Below, piece by piece: positions 10,437 to 18,661 of a stretch of 64,000 bases of DNA (the first letter of the stretch is position 1; each line of letters starts with the position of its first letter). Below the pieces are notes generated by a model. That model was given only the letters and a program-made list of their open reading frames with translations. It was not told the DNA's origin and searched no databases. Both the position numbers and the translations under genes were made by a program. The DNA comes from an uncultured delta proteobacterium (GTDB lineage: Bacteria > Myxococcota > Kuafuiibacteriia > Kuafuiibacteriales > Kuafuiibacteriaceae): positions 480,001-544,000 of the forward strand of contig CAWDML010000001.1 of assembly GCA_963803435.1 (NCBI GenBank), given 5' to 3'.

Positions 10437-13400
10437 ACATCTCACAGCCATTCATCGACCGGCCGGTGATGACCACACTGCTCACCGCGGCTCTGCTGGT
10501 GGCGGGCGTGGTCGCCTACGAGAAGCTCCCGGTGAGCGAGCTCCCCAACGTCGACTTTCCCGTGATCGTGGTCTCCGCTGCGCTGCCCGGCGCGAGCCCG
10601 GAGACGATGGCCTCGGCCGTCGCGACTCCGCTCGAGCGCGAGTTTTCGACGATCGCGGGCATCGACAACATGAGCTCGTCGAGCGCCCTCGGCACCACCC
10701 AGATCACGTTGCAGTTCGCGCTGTCCCGGCAGCTCGACGCCGCCGCTCAGGACGTCGCCGCCGCCATCGCCCGGACCACGCCCCGGCTGCCGACCGGGAT
10801 GCCGACGCCGCCGAGCTATCGCAAGGTCAACCCGGCTGATCAGCCGATCATCTACATCGGCCTCCTCTCCGACACCATGCCGCTGTACCAGCTCGACGAG
10901 TACGGCGAGACCCAGCTCGCACAGCGCATCTCCATGATCTCGGGCGTTGCCCAGGTGGTGGTGTTCGGCGCGCAGAAGTTTGCGGTTCGCGTCCAGATCG
11001 ATCCCCGGGCGCTCGACAACCGCCGGATCGGCCTGGACGAGATCGCGACCAGCCTCGGCGACGCGAACGTCGACATCGCGACCGGCGATCTGCAGGGCCC
11101 CTACCGGGCGACCACCGTGAAGGCGACCGGACAGCTCTTCAACGCCGAGCAGTTCAGCTCCTTGATCGTCGCCTACCGGGACGGGCGGCCGGTTCGCCTC
11201 GAGGAGCTGGGCCGCACGCTCGACGACGTCGAGAACGACCGGACCGCCGCCTGGCTCGACGAACACCGCGCAGTGATCCTGGCCGTGCAGCGCCAGCCCG
11301 GCACCAACACCGTCGAGGTGGCCGGCGCGATCAGGAGCCTCTTGCCGCAGTTTCAGAAGCAACTCCCGGGCTCCGTGCGGCTCGAGGTCGTCTATGACCG
11401 CGCCAGCTCAATCCAGGCCTCGGTGCGCGACGTCCAGAGCACCCTGCTGGTCACGCTGGTCCTCGTGATCCTCGTGATCTTCCTCTTCCTCCGCAACCTC
11501 TCTGCGACCGTCATCCCGAGCCTGGCGCTCCCGATGTCGATCCTCGGGACCTTTGCGCTCATGTCGCTGCTCGGCTTCAACCTCGACAACCTCTCCCTGC
11601 TCGCCCTCACGCTTTCGGTCGGCTTCGTCGTCGACGACGCCATCGTGATGCTCGAGAACGTGGTCCGCCATCGCGAGCTCGGCGAGGACCGGCGCACCGC
11701 GGCGCTCACCGGCTCGAAGGAGATCGGCTTCACGATCGTCTCGATGACGATCTCGCTGGCGGCCGTGTTCATCCCCGTTCTGTTCCTGGGCGGCGTCGTC
11801 GGCCGCTTGTTCCGGGAGTTCTCGATCGTCATCGCCATCGCGATCCTGATCTCGGGCGCGGTCTCGCTCTCGCTGACGCCGATGCTGTGCAGCCGGTTTC
11901 TCCGGCCGGCTCCGGAGAAGCCGGGCCGCTTCTACCGGATCACCGAGCGTGCGTTCGAGAGCTCGCTTCGGTTCTACGAGCGGACGCTCAAGCGCGTCGT
12001 GCAACATCGTGCGCTGACCATGCTCTTCGTGGCCCTGGTGCTGGTGGGGACCGCGGTGCTCTTCATGACGGTCAAGACGGGCTTTCTGCCCAGCGAAGAC
12101 ACCGGTCAAGTCTTCATCCCGACCGAGGCGCAGGAGGGCATCTCCTGGCCGTCGATGATGGCGCACCAGCAGGCGCTGGCCGCGATCGCGCGCGCGGATC
12201 CCAACGTCGAGATCGCGCTCTCCGTGGCCGGCAGCGGCGGAGGCCTGACCGGCGTGAACGCGGGCATCATGTTCTTGAAGCTCAAGCCGCGGGGCCAGCG
12301 ACACCTCTCCGCGGACGAGATCGTGGCCGAGCTGCGGCCCAAGCTGGCCCGCGTGCCCGGGATCCGTGCGTATCCCCAGAACCCGCCCGCGATCCGGATC
12401 GGCGGCCAGCTCACCAAGAGTCAGTACCAGTACACGCTCCAGAGCACCGACCTGCAGGCGCTCTATCGGTACGCGCCCATGCTCGAGGATCGGATCAGCG
12501 GCATCCCCGGGACCCGGGACGTGACCTCCGATCTCCTCATCGAGAATCCGCAGACGACGGTGGTGATCGATCGCGATCGCGCATCCTCGCTGGGGATCAC
12601 GGCCCGGAGGATCGAGGAGACGCTCGGGTACGCCTACTCATCGCAGCAGGTCTCCACGATCCACGCGCCCAACGACGAGTATCAGGTGATCCTGGAGCTC
12701 GTCCCTTCGGCGCGAAGGACGCCCTCCGATCTGTCTCACCTCTACATCCACGGCGGCGGCCAGAACGTGGTCCCTCTCGACGCCGTCGCTCACCTGGAGG
12801 ACGGGATCGCTCCGCTGTCCGTCAACCACTCCGGCCAGCTGCCGGCCGTGACGATCTCGTTCAACCTCGATCCCAACGTGGCGCTCGGAGACGTGCTCCC
12901 CCGGATCGATCGCGAGGCGCGTCAGGTGCTCCCCGCAACGATCCAGACCAGCTTCCTCGGCACGGCTGAGGCCTTCCGCTCCTCGCTGACCGGGCTGGGC
13001 CTCCTGCTCATCCTCGCCGTGCTGGTGATCTACGCGGTGCTCGGCATCCTCTACGAGAGCTTCATTCACCCGATCACGATCCTCTCCGCGCTCCCCTTCG
13101 CCGGCTTTGGCGCGCTGCTCACGCTGCTGATTACCGGAACCGAGCTCTCGGTCTACGCGTTCGTCGGCATCATCATGTTGATCGGCCTGGTGAAGAAGAA
13201 CGGCATCATGATGGTCGACTTCGCCGTCTCGCTCGAGCGCGAGAAGAAGATCGATGCGGAGGAGGCGATCGTGCAGGCGTCGCTAATCCGCTTCCGCCCC
13301 ATCATGATGACCACGCTGGCCGCGCTGCTGGGCACGCTCCCGATCGCCTTCGCCTTCGGCCAGGGCGCCGAGTCGCGCCGGCCGCTGGGCCTGGCCGTTG

Positions 13401-13528
13401 CGGGCGGTCTGCTCTTCTCGCAGCTCCTCACCCTCTACGTAACGCCGGTGTTCTACATCTACATGGACGGTGTTCGAGCCTGGCCGCAGCGGCTCCACGA
13501 GTGGCGTCGTGCGCGCCGCGCTCCCTGA
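10433..13528 (+). CDS. RND efflux transporter permease (MdtB/MdtC-like)
   Basis: 1031 aa; FIDRPVMTTLL, GFVVDDAIVMLEN, KKNGIMMVDF, RFRPIMMTT. Confidence 0.95.
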   Translation: MNISQPFIDRPVMTTLLTAALLVAGVVAYEKLPVSELPNVDFPVIVVSAALPGASPETMASAVATPLEREFSTIAGIDNMSSSSALGTTQITLQFALSRQLDAAAQDVAAAIARTTPRLPTGMPTPPSYRKVNPADQPIIYIGLLSDTMPLYQLDEYGETQLAQRISMISGVAQVVVFGAQKFAVRVQIDPRALDNRRIGLDEIATSLGDANVDIATGDLQGPYRATTVKATGQLFNAEQFSSLIVAYRDGRPVRLEELGRTLDDVENDRTAAWLDEHRAVILAVQRQPGTNTVEVAGAIRSLLPQFQKQLPGSVRLEVVYDRASSIQASVRDVQSTLLVTLVLVILVIFLFLRNLSATVIPSLALPMSILGTFALMSLLGFNLDNLSLLALTLSVGFVVDDAIVMLENVVRHRELGEDRRTAALTGSKEIGFTIVSMTISLAAVFIPVLFLGGVVGRLFREFSIVIAIAILISGAVSLSLTPMLCSRFLRPAPEKPGRFYRITERAFESSLRFYERTLKRVVQHRALTMLFVALVLVGTAVLFMTVKTGFLPSEDTGQVFIPTEAQEGISWPSMMAHQQALAAIARADPNVEIALSVAGSGGGLTGVNAGIMFLKLKPRGQRHLSADEIVAELRPKLARVPGIRAYPQNPPAIRIGGQLTKSQYQYTLQSTDLQALYRYAPMLEDRISGIPGTRDVTSDLLIENPQTTVVIDRDRASSLGITARRIEETLGYAYSSQQVSTIHAPNDEYQVILELVPSARRTPSDLSHLYIHGGGQNVVPLDAVAHLEDGIAPLSVNHSGQLPAVTISFNLDPNVALGDVLPRIDREARQVLPATIQTSFLGTAEAFRSSLTGLGLLLILAVLVIYAVLGILYESFIHPITILSALPFAGFGALLTLLITGTELSVYAFVGIIMLIGLVKKNGIMMVDFAVSLEREKKIDAEEAIVQASLIRFRPIMMTTLAALLGTLPIAFAFGQGAESRRPLGLAVAGGLLFSQLLTLYVTPVFYIYMDGVRAWPQRLHEWRRARRAP

Positions 13529-13535
13529 CGGCGGT

Positions 13536-15008
13536 TCAGCCGACGGACTCGACCAGGAGCGCGGTCACCTCCTCGAGCGCGCTCACCAGCACTCGAGGAT
13601 GCCGCCAGAGCGCGCGGAGCATCGCCTGGTTGAGCGCGCGATGCTTCGGCGTCCAGCTCGGATAGCGGACCAGGATCGTCGGGCTCGGGCGGCGCCCGGC
13701 CTCGGCCAGCAAGAGCCGGCTCCAGCGCGAGACCTGGCGCGGGACCACCTCGACGTGCACGCTCGGATCGGAGAACCCGTCCGTCTGCCACGCGAAATCC
13801 TCCAGCACGAAGACCCGGACCTGGGCGGCCGGAAAGAACCGGCGGAGGCGCTCCATCTCCTCACCGAAGCGGGCGAAGGGTCCGGCGCCGACCACGTTGA
13901 TACGCCGCTGCTCGTTGCGCCGCGCGATCCACGGCGCGATCGCGCGCGCAATCCGGGCGGTCACCTCCGGGTGCGGGCGCAGCTCGGCTGGAGGCACGCG
14001 TCCGGGGAGGCGCTGGAGCCGGTAGGCCGTCTCAATGGGCTCCGCGAGGCTCGGCGCGATCGCCTCGATCTTCCACTGCGAGGCGAACACCGACACCGCG
14101 CGCATCTTTCGCTCATGTACGTCGGCGATGATCTCCCGCTCCGGCTCGAGCACGCCACCGTGACGCGCGAGCGCGGCGGTCATCGATTGCGCGTGACCGG
14201 GGAGCTGCACCGCGTACGGCAGATCCTGGTAGAGGCGGACCTCGACCCTCTCCAAGCGCGCCGGATCGCGGCGCAGCATCTCGAGGCAAGCCTCGCGCGT
14301 GAGGTGGTGATCGACGTGCTCGCCGAGCCCCAGCGGGATCCAGAGCTCGTCGGGCGAGAGCGGATCGAGCGCGCGAGAGAGGCGCTCCGCCGTCGCCTCC
14401 GTCTCCTCGAGCGACGGCGTCGAGTGGAGGAACGGCTCGTAGGCGGCGTAGAGCCGCGAGAAGGAGGCCTCGCTCCAGCGCTCCGGCGGGACGAAGCGCA
14501 GGTTCGCCTCGAGCCCGTCCATCACCCGATGCTCGGCGCCGACGAGGCGGGCCGCCAGTGCGCCCTCGCGGCGGCGCAGCGAGGTCACCGTCTCCAGGTC
14601 GAACGGGAAGCGGTTCTTGAACCAGTAGCTGGTGAAGTTGGAGCGGGGCGCCAGCGTGAGGATCGTGATCCGCTGCCTCCCGGCGCGCCGCAGCATCCGG
14701 CCGCCGGTGCTCAGGATAGCGTCGTCGATGTGCGGCTCGACGACGACCAGGTGCGGGTGAGCCGGCGGCGGCTCCCGGGCCTCGACCAGCTCGACGACCC
14801 CGGCTTCGTGCCAGCGCGCGAGCGCCAGCTCCGCGCCGGCGTGCGCCGCCGCGAGCCACCCCACGTTGCGAGAGCCGTCGATGGCATCGAACAGCCCTAT
14901 CTCCTCAGGGCGGAGCTCGAGCGCCGGGCGGCGGGCCACCAGGAAGAAGACGCGTTCGCCCTTCCGGGAGAAGTGCGGGCGAAGGTGGGCGACAGCGTCG
15001 CGATCCAT
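13536..15008 (-). CDS. PIG-L/LmbE family deacetylase with N-terminal PqqD/RRE-like winged-helix and extra C-terminal domain
   Basis: EPHIDDAILSTGG, RRREG, HVDH, YQDLPY, RKMRAVSVFASQ; N-terminus LFDAIDGSRNV...LARWHEAGVVEL; start at ATG 15008. Confidence 0.8.
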   Translation of the reverse strand: MDRDAVAHLRPHFSRKGERVFFLVARRPALELRPEEIGLFDAIDGSRNVGWLAAAHAGAELALARWHEAGVVELVEAREPPPAHPHLVVVEPHIDDAILSTGGRMLRRAGRQRITILTLAPRSNFTSYWFKNRFPFDLETVTSLRRREGALAARLVGAEHRVMDGLEANLRFVPPERWSEASFSRLYAAYEPFLHSTPSLEETEATAERLSRALDPLSPDELWIPLGLGEHVDHHLTREACLEMLRRDPARLERVEVRLYQDLPYAVQLPGHAQSMTAALARHGGVLEPEREIIADVHERKMRAVSVFASQWKIEAIAPSLAEPIETAYRLQRLPGRVPPAELRPHPEVTARIARAIAPWIARRNEQRRINVVGAGPFARFGEEMERLRRFFPAAQVRVFVLEDFAWQTDGFSDPSVHVEVVPRQVSRWSRLLLAEAGRRPSPTILVRYPSWTPKHRALNQAMLRALWRHPRVLVSALEEVTALLVESVG

Positions 15009-15047
15009 CGCCGGCCTTTGGTAGCATCGGGCCGAGTGGGGCGCGAG

Positions 15048-16067
15048 GTGCATTCGCGACCGCGCATCAGCGTGGTCATGACCGTCTTCAACCAGGCCGG
15101 GTACCTCGGGGAGGCGATCGACAGCGTCCTCGCCCAGGACTGCGCCGACTTCGAGCTCATCGTGGTGGACGACGGCTCGACGGACGACAGCGCCCAGGTG
15201 GCCGCGCGCTACGGCGATCGGTTGCGGTTCGTGCGACGCACCAACGGCGGGCTGGCGGCGGCCCGCAACACCGGGATCGAGCTGGCGAAGGGCGAGCTCG
15301 TCACCTTCTGCGACTCCGACGACATCCACCTGCCCTACCGGCTCTCTGCCCAGCTCAGCGTGCTGGACGCGACGCCCCGCGCCGCGCTGGTCTTCAGCGA
15401 GCTGTCCCCGTATCGGGACGGCCGGGTCGTGTCCGAACACCTGCTCCGCGACAAGGTGATGGGACCGATGCGCCGCTCCTTCGACGAGGAGATCGAGGCG
15501 GCCTTCCCCTTCGCCGGCACCTGCGAGGCGCTGGGCGTGCCGGTCCCCGAGCCGTATCGGCGCCGATTCGTCCGCTGGGGCCGCGTGCCCGGCCTCATCG
15601 CGCTGGCGCACGTCGCCTGGGGTGGGGCCTCGATGGTCCGCAAGAGCGCGCTCACCGCGATGGGGGGCCACGATCCCTCGCTGCGCCGCTACGTCGACTG
15701 GGAGTTGAGCTCACGGATCTCCAAGGCCTACGACCTGGCCTTCCTCGACGTCCCGGTCCTCCTCTACCGGCTCCACGGCGGTCAGCTCACCAAGAGGACC
15801 GGCCTCGGCGCCCAGTGCTATCGCGACGTGATCGATCGCGTGTGGCGGAGCGATCCGGTCGCGTACGCCCAGCACCACGAGGTGATCGATCGGTCGCTCG
15901 GCTCCGCCTATTGGAGCCTCGGGCAGGTCGCCGCCGAGTCGGGCGACTGGAGCGCGGCCGCCCGCTGGTACCTTCGATCGGTCCGCACCTATCCCCGGCA
16001 GAAGGCCGCCTACGTCGATCTGCTCAAGGCCACCCTCCTGACCGTATCGTCCGCCGTGGGCCGGTGA
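15048..16067 (+). CDS. Glycosyltransferase family 2 (non-processive, C-terminal TPR-like helices)
   Basis: ISVVMTVFN, VDDGSTD, NGGLAAARNTG, FCDSDD, YRLHGGQLT; start trimmed from the 865-aa ORF. Confidence 0.9.
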   Translation: MHSRPRISVVMTVFNQAGYLGEAIDSVLAQDCADFELIVVDDGSTDDSAQVAARYGDRLRFVRRTNGGLAAARNTGIELAKGELVTFCDSDDIHLPYRLSAQLSVLDATPRAALVFSELSPYRDGRVVSEHLLRDKVMGPMRRSFDEEIEAAFPFAGTCEALGVPVPEPYRRRFVRWGRVPGLIALAHVAWGGASMVRKSALTAMGGHDPSLRRYVDWELSSRISKAYDLAFLDVPVLLYRLHGGQLTKRTGLGAQCYRDVIDRVWRSDPVAYAQHHEVIDRSLGSAYWSLGQVAAESGDWSAAARWYLRSVRTYPRQKAAYVDLLKATLLTVSSAVGR

Positions 16068-17992
16068 TCCTTCATCGGATCGGTGGCGCCGACCTCGATC
16101 GAGGCGCCCTCGATGAAGCGTCGATACCAGAGCTCGAACATCATCGCGTTCCAGAGCTGGGTCCCGTGATCCACCAGGCCGGCCTGATGCTCGACCCAGA
16201 GCCGGCGTGACTCGTACCTCGAGAGCGTGCCGCTGGCACCGCCCGGCTTGGCGAAGAAGAGCGCCTCCGCGGGCTCCCTGAGCGCGGTACGGAACCATTT
16301 TGCGATCGGGATGGCGAAGCCCATCTTCTTACGATCGAACGTCTCCGGAGGGATCAGCCCACGGATGGCCTGCTTCAGGATCAGCTTCGTCTTGTTCTCC
16401 TGAATCTTGAACGAAGAGGGAATTCGCGCCGCGTACTCCACGACCTTGTGATCGAGCAGCGGACAGCGGACCTCGAGCGCGTGCGCCATCGAGGCTCGAT
16501 CGACCTTCACCAAGATGTCGTCCGGCAGGTAGGTCTTGAGATCGACATACTGCATGCGCGAGACGTGATCCCCGGTGCGCGAGCGCTCGTACCAGCTCCG
16601 GAAGGCGTCGTACGGATCGTAACCTCCCAGCGAGGCGAGGAAGTCGCGGCTCAGCATCTCGCGGAAGCGCCACGGCTGCGGGAGCAGGCTGTTGTAGTCG
16701 CTGCGGTCGGCGTCGAGGGCGGCGCGCCAGGCGATCGAGTTGTAGCCGAACGCCTCCGAGCTGTAGCGCGTCACCTGGAAGAGATGACGCAGCGGTGTCA
16801 GCGCCGCGCGCCGAAGCCAGCCGGGGAGGCGCCCCCGGATGCTGTCGGCCCACAGCGAGTCGCGATAGTGATAGTAGCCCGCGAATAGCTCATCGCCGCC
16901 GTCGCCCGAGAGCGCCACCGTCACGTGCTTCCGAGTCATCGCGCAGAGGTGGTACGTGGGCGCCGCCGAGGAGTCGCCGAAGGGCTCGTCGTAGAACCAG
17001 GAGAGCTGGCGGACGATCTCGCCGGCCTCCGGCGAAAGCACCTGCTCGCGATGATCCGTTTGGAAGCGCGCCGCGATCTGGCGCGCGTACGGCCGCTCGT
17101 CGTACCGCTCGACGTCGAAGCCGATCGAGTTGGTGAGCACGGGGCGCTCCGAGAGCTGCGCCATCACCGCGACGATGGCCGAGCTGTCGACCCCGCCCGA
17201 GAGAAACGCGCCCAGCGGCACGTCGGAGCGCAGCCGCAGGCGAACGGCCTCGGTGATGAGCTCGAGCAGCCGAACAGCGTGCTGCTCGGCGGAGCTGCCC
17301 AGGTCCGGCGAGGTGTAGTCGACGTCCCAGTACGCGTGCATGCGGGCGCCGGCGGGCGAGATCGCGAGCGTGTGGGCCGGCGGCAGCTTGAGCATCCGGT
17401 TGAAGATCGTCTTCGGTCCGGGGACGTAGGAGAGCGCGAAGTAGTCGGCGACAGCCGTCGCGTCGATCTCTCGCGGGATCGTCGGGTCGGCCAGGACCGC
17501 TTTGAGCTCCGAAGCGAAGACGATCCGGTCGGCGTCACGGTAATAGTAGAGCGGCTTCTTCCCCAGCGGATCCCGACCGAGAAACAGCGCATGCTCCGCC
17601 GCGTCGTAGATCGCGAACGCGAACATGCCCCGGAAGCGCTCGACGCAAGCGTCGCCCCACTCGACGTACGCATAGAGGAGCACCTCGGTGTCCGAGTCGG
17701 TGCGGAACCGGTGGCCCTTCGCGGAGAGCTCATGCCGGAGCTCGAGGTAGTTGTAGATCTCGCCGTTGAAGACCACGGCCCAGCGGCCGCTCGCGTCGAA
17801 GAGGGGCTGATGTCCGCCGGACGAGAGGTCGATGATGGAGAGCCGGCGCTGGCCAAGGCCGACGCCGTCGCCGACCCAGACCCCACCGTCGTTGGGACCT
17901 CGATGGACGAGCGTATCGGTCTGTGCGATCAAGCGCGCGCGATCGACGGGGCGGCTCCGATCGAAGTGCAGCACGCCGACGATCCCGCACAT
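16010..17992 (-). CDS. asnB: Asparagine synthase (glutamine-hydrolysing) family amidotransferase
   Basis: MCGIVG, HRGP, RRLSIIDL, NGEIYN, LSGGVDSS, SGDGGDELFAGY. Confidence 0.92.
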   Translation of the reverse strand: MCGIVGVLHFDRSRPVDRARLIAQTDTLVHRGPNDGGVWVGDGVGLGQRRLSIIDLSSGGHQPLFDASGRWAVVFNGEIYNYLELRHELSAKGHRFRTDSDTEVLLYAYVEWGDACVERFRGMFAFAIYDAAEHALFLGRDPLGKKPLYYYRDADRIVFASELKAVLADPTIPREIDATAVADYFALSYVPGPKTIFNRMLKLPPAHTLAISPAGARMHAYWDVDYTSPDLGSSAEQHAVRLLELITEAVRLRLRSDVPLGAFLSGGVDSSAIVAVMAQLSERPVLTNSIGFDVERYDERPYARQIAARFQTDHREQVLSPEAGEIVRQLSWFYDEPFGDSSAAPTYHLCAMTRKHVTVALSGDGGDELFAGYYHYRDSLWADSIRGRLPGWLRRAALTPLRHLFQVTRYSSEAFGYNSIAWRAALDADRSDYNSLLPQPWRFREMLSRDFLASLGGYDPYDAFRSWYERSRTGDHVSRMQYVDLKTYLPDDILVKVDRASMAHALEVRCPLLDHKVVEYAARIPSSFKIQENKTKLILKQAIRGLIPPETFDRKKMGFAIPIAKWFRTALREPAEALFFAKPGGASGTLSRYESRRLWVEHQAGLVDHGTQLWNAMMFELWYRRFIEGASIEVGATDPMKDHRPTADDTVRRVALSRST

Positions 17993-18080
17993 CGCGGCGC
18001 ACACTACGCGTCGTCCGACGGAATGAACAGACTGTGGGGGCGGTGAGGCTGGGGCCGGCGGAGAAGAGCGGGCGGTCGAG

Positions 18081-18359
18081 CTACTTGTGCTTGGCGCCGT
18101 CGGTGGCGCAGCCACCCTGGCCCTTGCAGTCGTTCTTTCCCTTGCAGGCGTGCTTGTCGGTCTTGCAACCGCCCTTGCCCTTGCACTCGTTCTTGCCCTT
18201 GCAGCCGTGCTTGTCGCTCTTCGGCGGATCAGCCATTCGCTTCGCCGTGGCCGACTTCACCTTCTGTCCTGCAGTATGATGCGTGTCTGCGTGGGCCACG
18301 CCCGCGACGCCGAGCATCATTCCAGAGACTGCGGCCGCCAAAAGTACTGATTTCGTCAT
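18081..18359 (-). CDS. Secreted Cys/Lys/Gly-rich peptide, bufferin BufA2-like precursor
   Basis: Sec signal ending AHA; two repeats of KHxCKGKNxCKGxGGC; AAGGA RBS. Confidence 0.75.
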   Translation of the reverse strand: MTKSVLLAAAVSGMMLGVAGVAHADTHHTAGQKVKSATAKRMADPPKSDKHGCKGKNECKGKGGCKTDKHACKGKNDCKGQGGCATDGAKHK

Positions 18360-18466
18360 TTTGAGTTCCTTTATCTTGTGTCCGCGAGACGGCGGGGACT
18401 GTTCTACGACTCTCGCTGGACCGCAAGACCTCGAACGCGCGCTGTGCTAGGACATGGAGGGATTCC

Positions 18467-18661
18467 ATGAGAATCGGCTGCCTGATCCTCGTTTTCGCCT
18501 GCACGGGATGTCCGGACCTGTCGTCCAAGCCGGTGTCCAGCGAATGCACGAAGCAGTACGAACAATGCAAGCTGCCTGAGGGTCCCCTCGGGGTCTGTGA
18601 CACGGCCCCCTGTCCGGAGGGGAAGCCGGGGCCCTGCTTCCGCTGTATGCCTCAGCACTGA
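18467..18661 (+). CDS. Small Cys-rich putative lipoprotein
   Basis: GGAGG RBS; hydrophobic N-terminus with lipobox-like CTGC; six further Cys; stop abuts the convergent gene. Confidence 0.7.
   Translation: MRIGCLILVFACTGCPDLSSKPVSSECTKQYEQCKLPEGPLGVCDTAPCPEGKPGPCFRCMPQH

Noticed and set aside
13470-16067. 865-aa GT2 fusion and 711-aa deacetylase as given in the ORF track
   Set aside because: The N-terminal extensions are antisense shadows of the neighbouring divergent gene; real starts are near 15048 (+) and 15008 (-).
16010-17992. Lasso peptide cyclase
   Set aside because: It keeps the N-terminal Cys glutaminase domain of a full AsnB; no B2 protease or lasso-type precursor seen.
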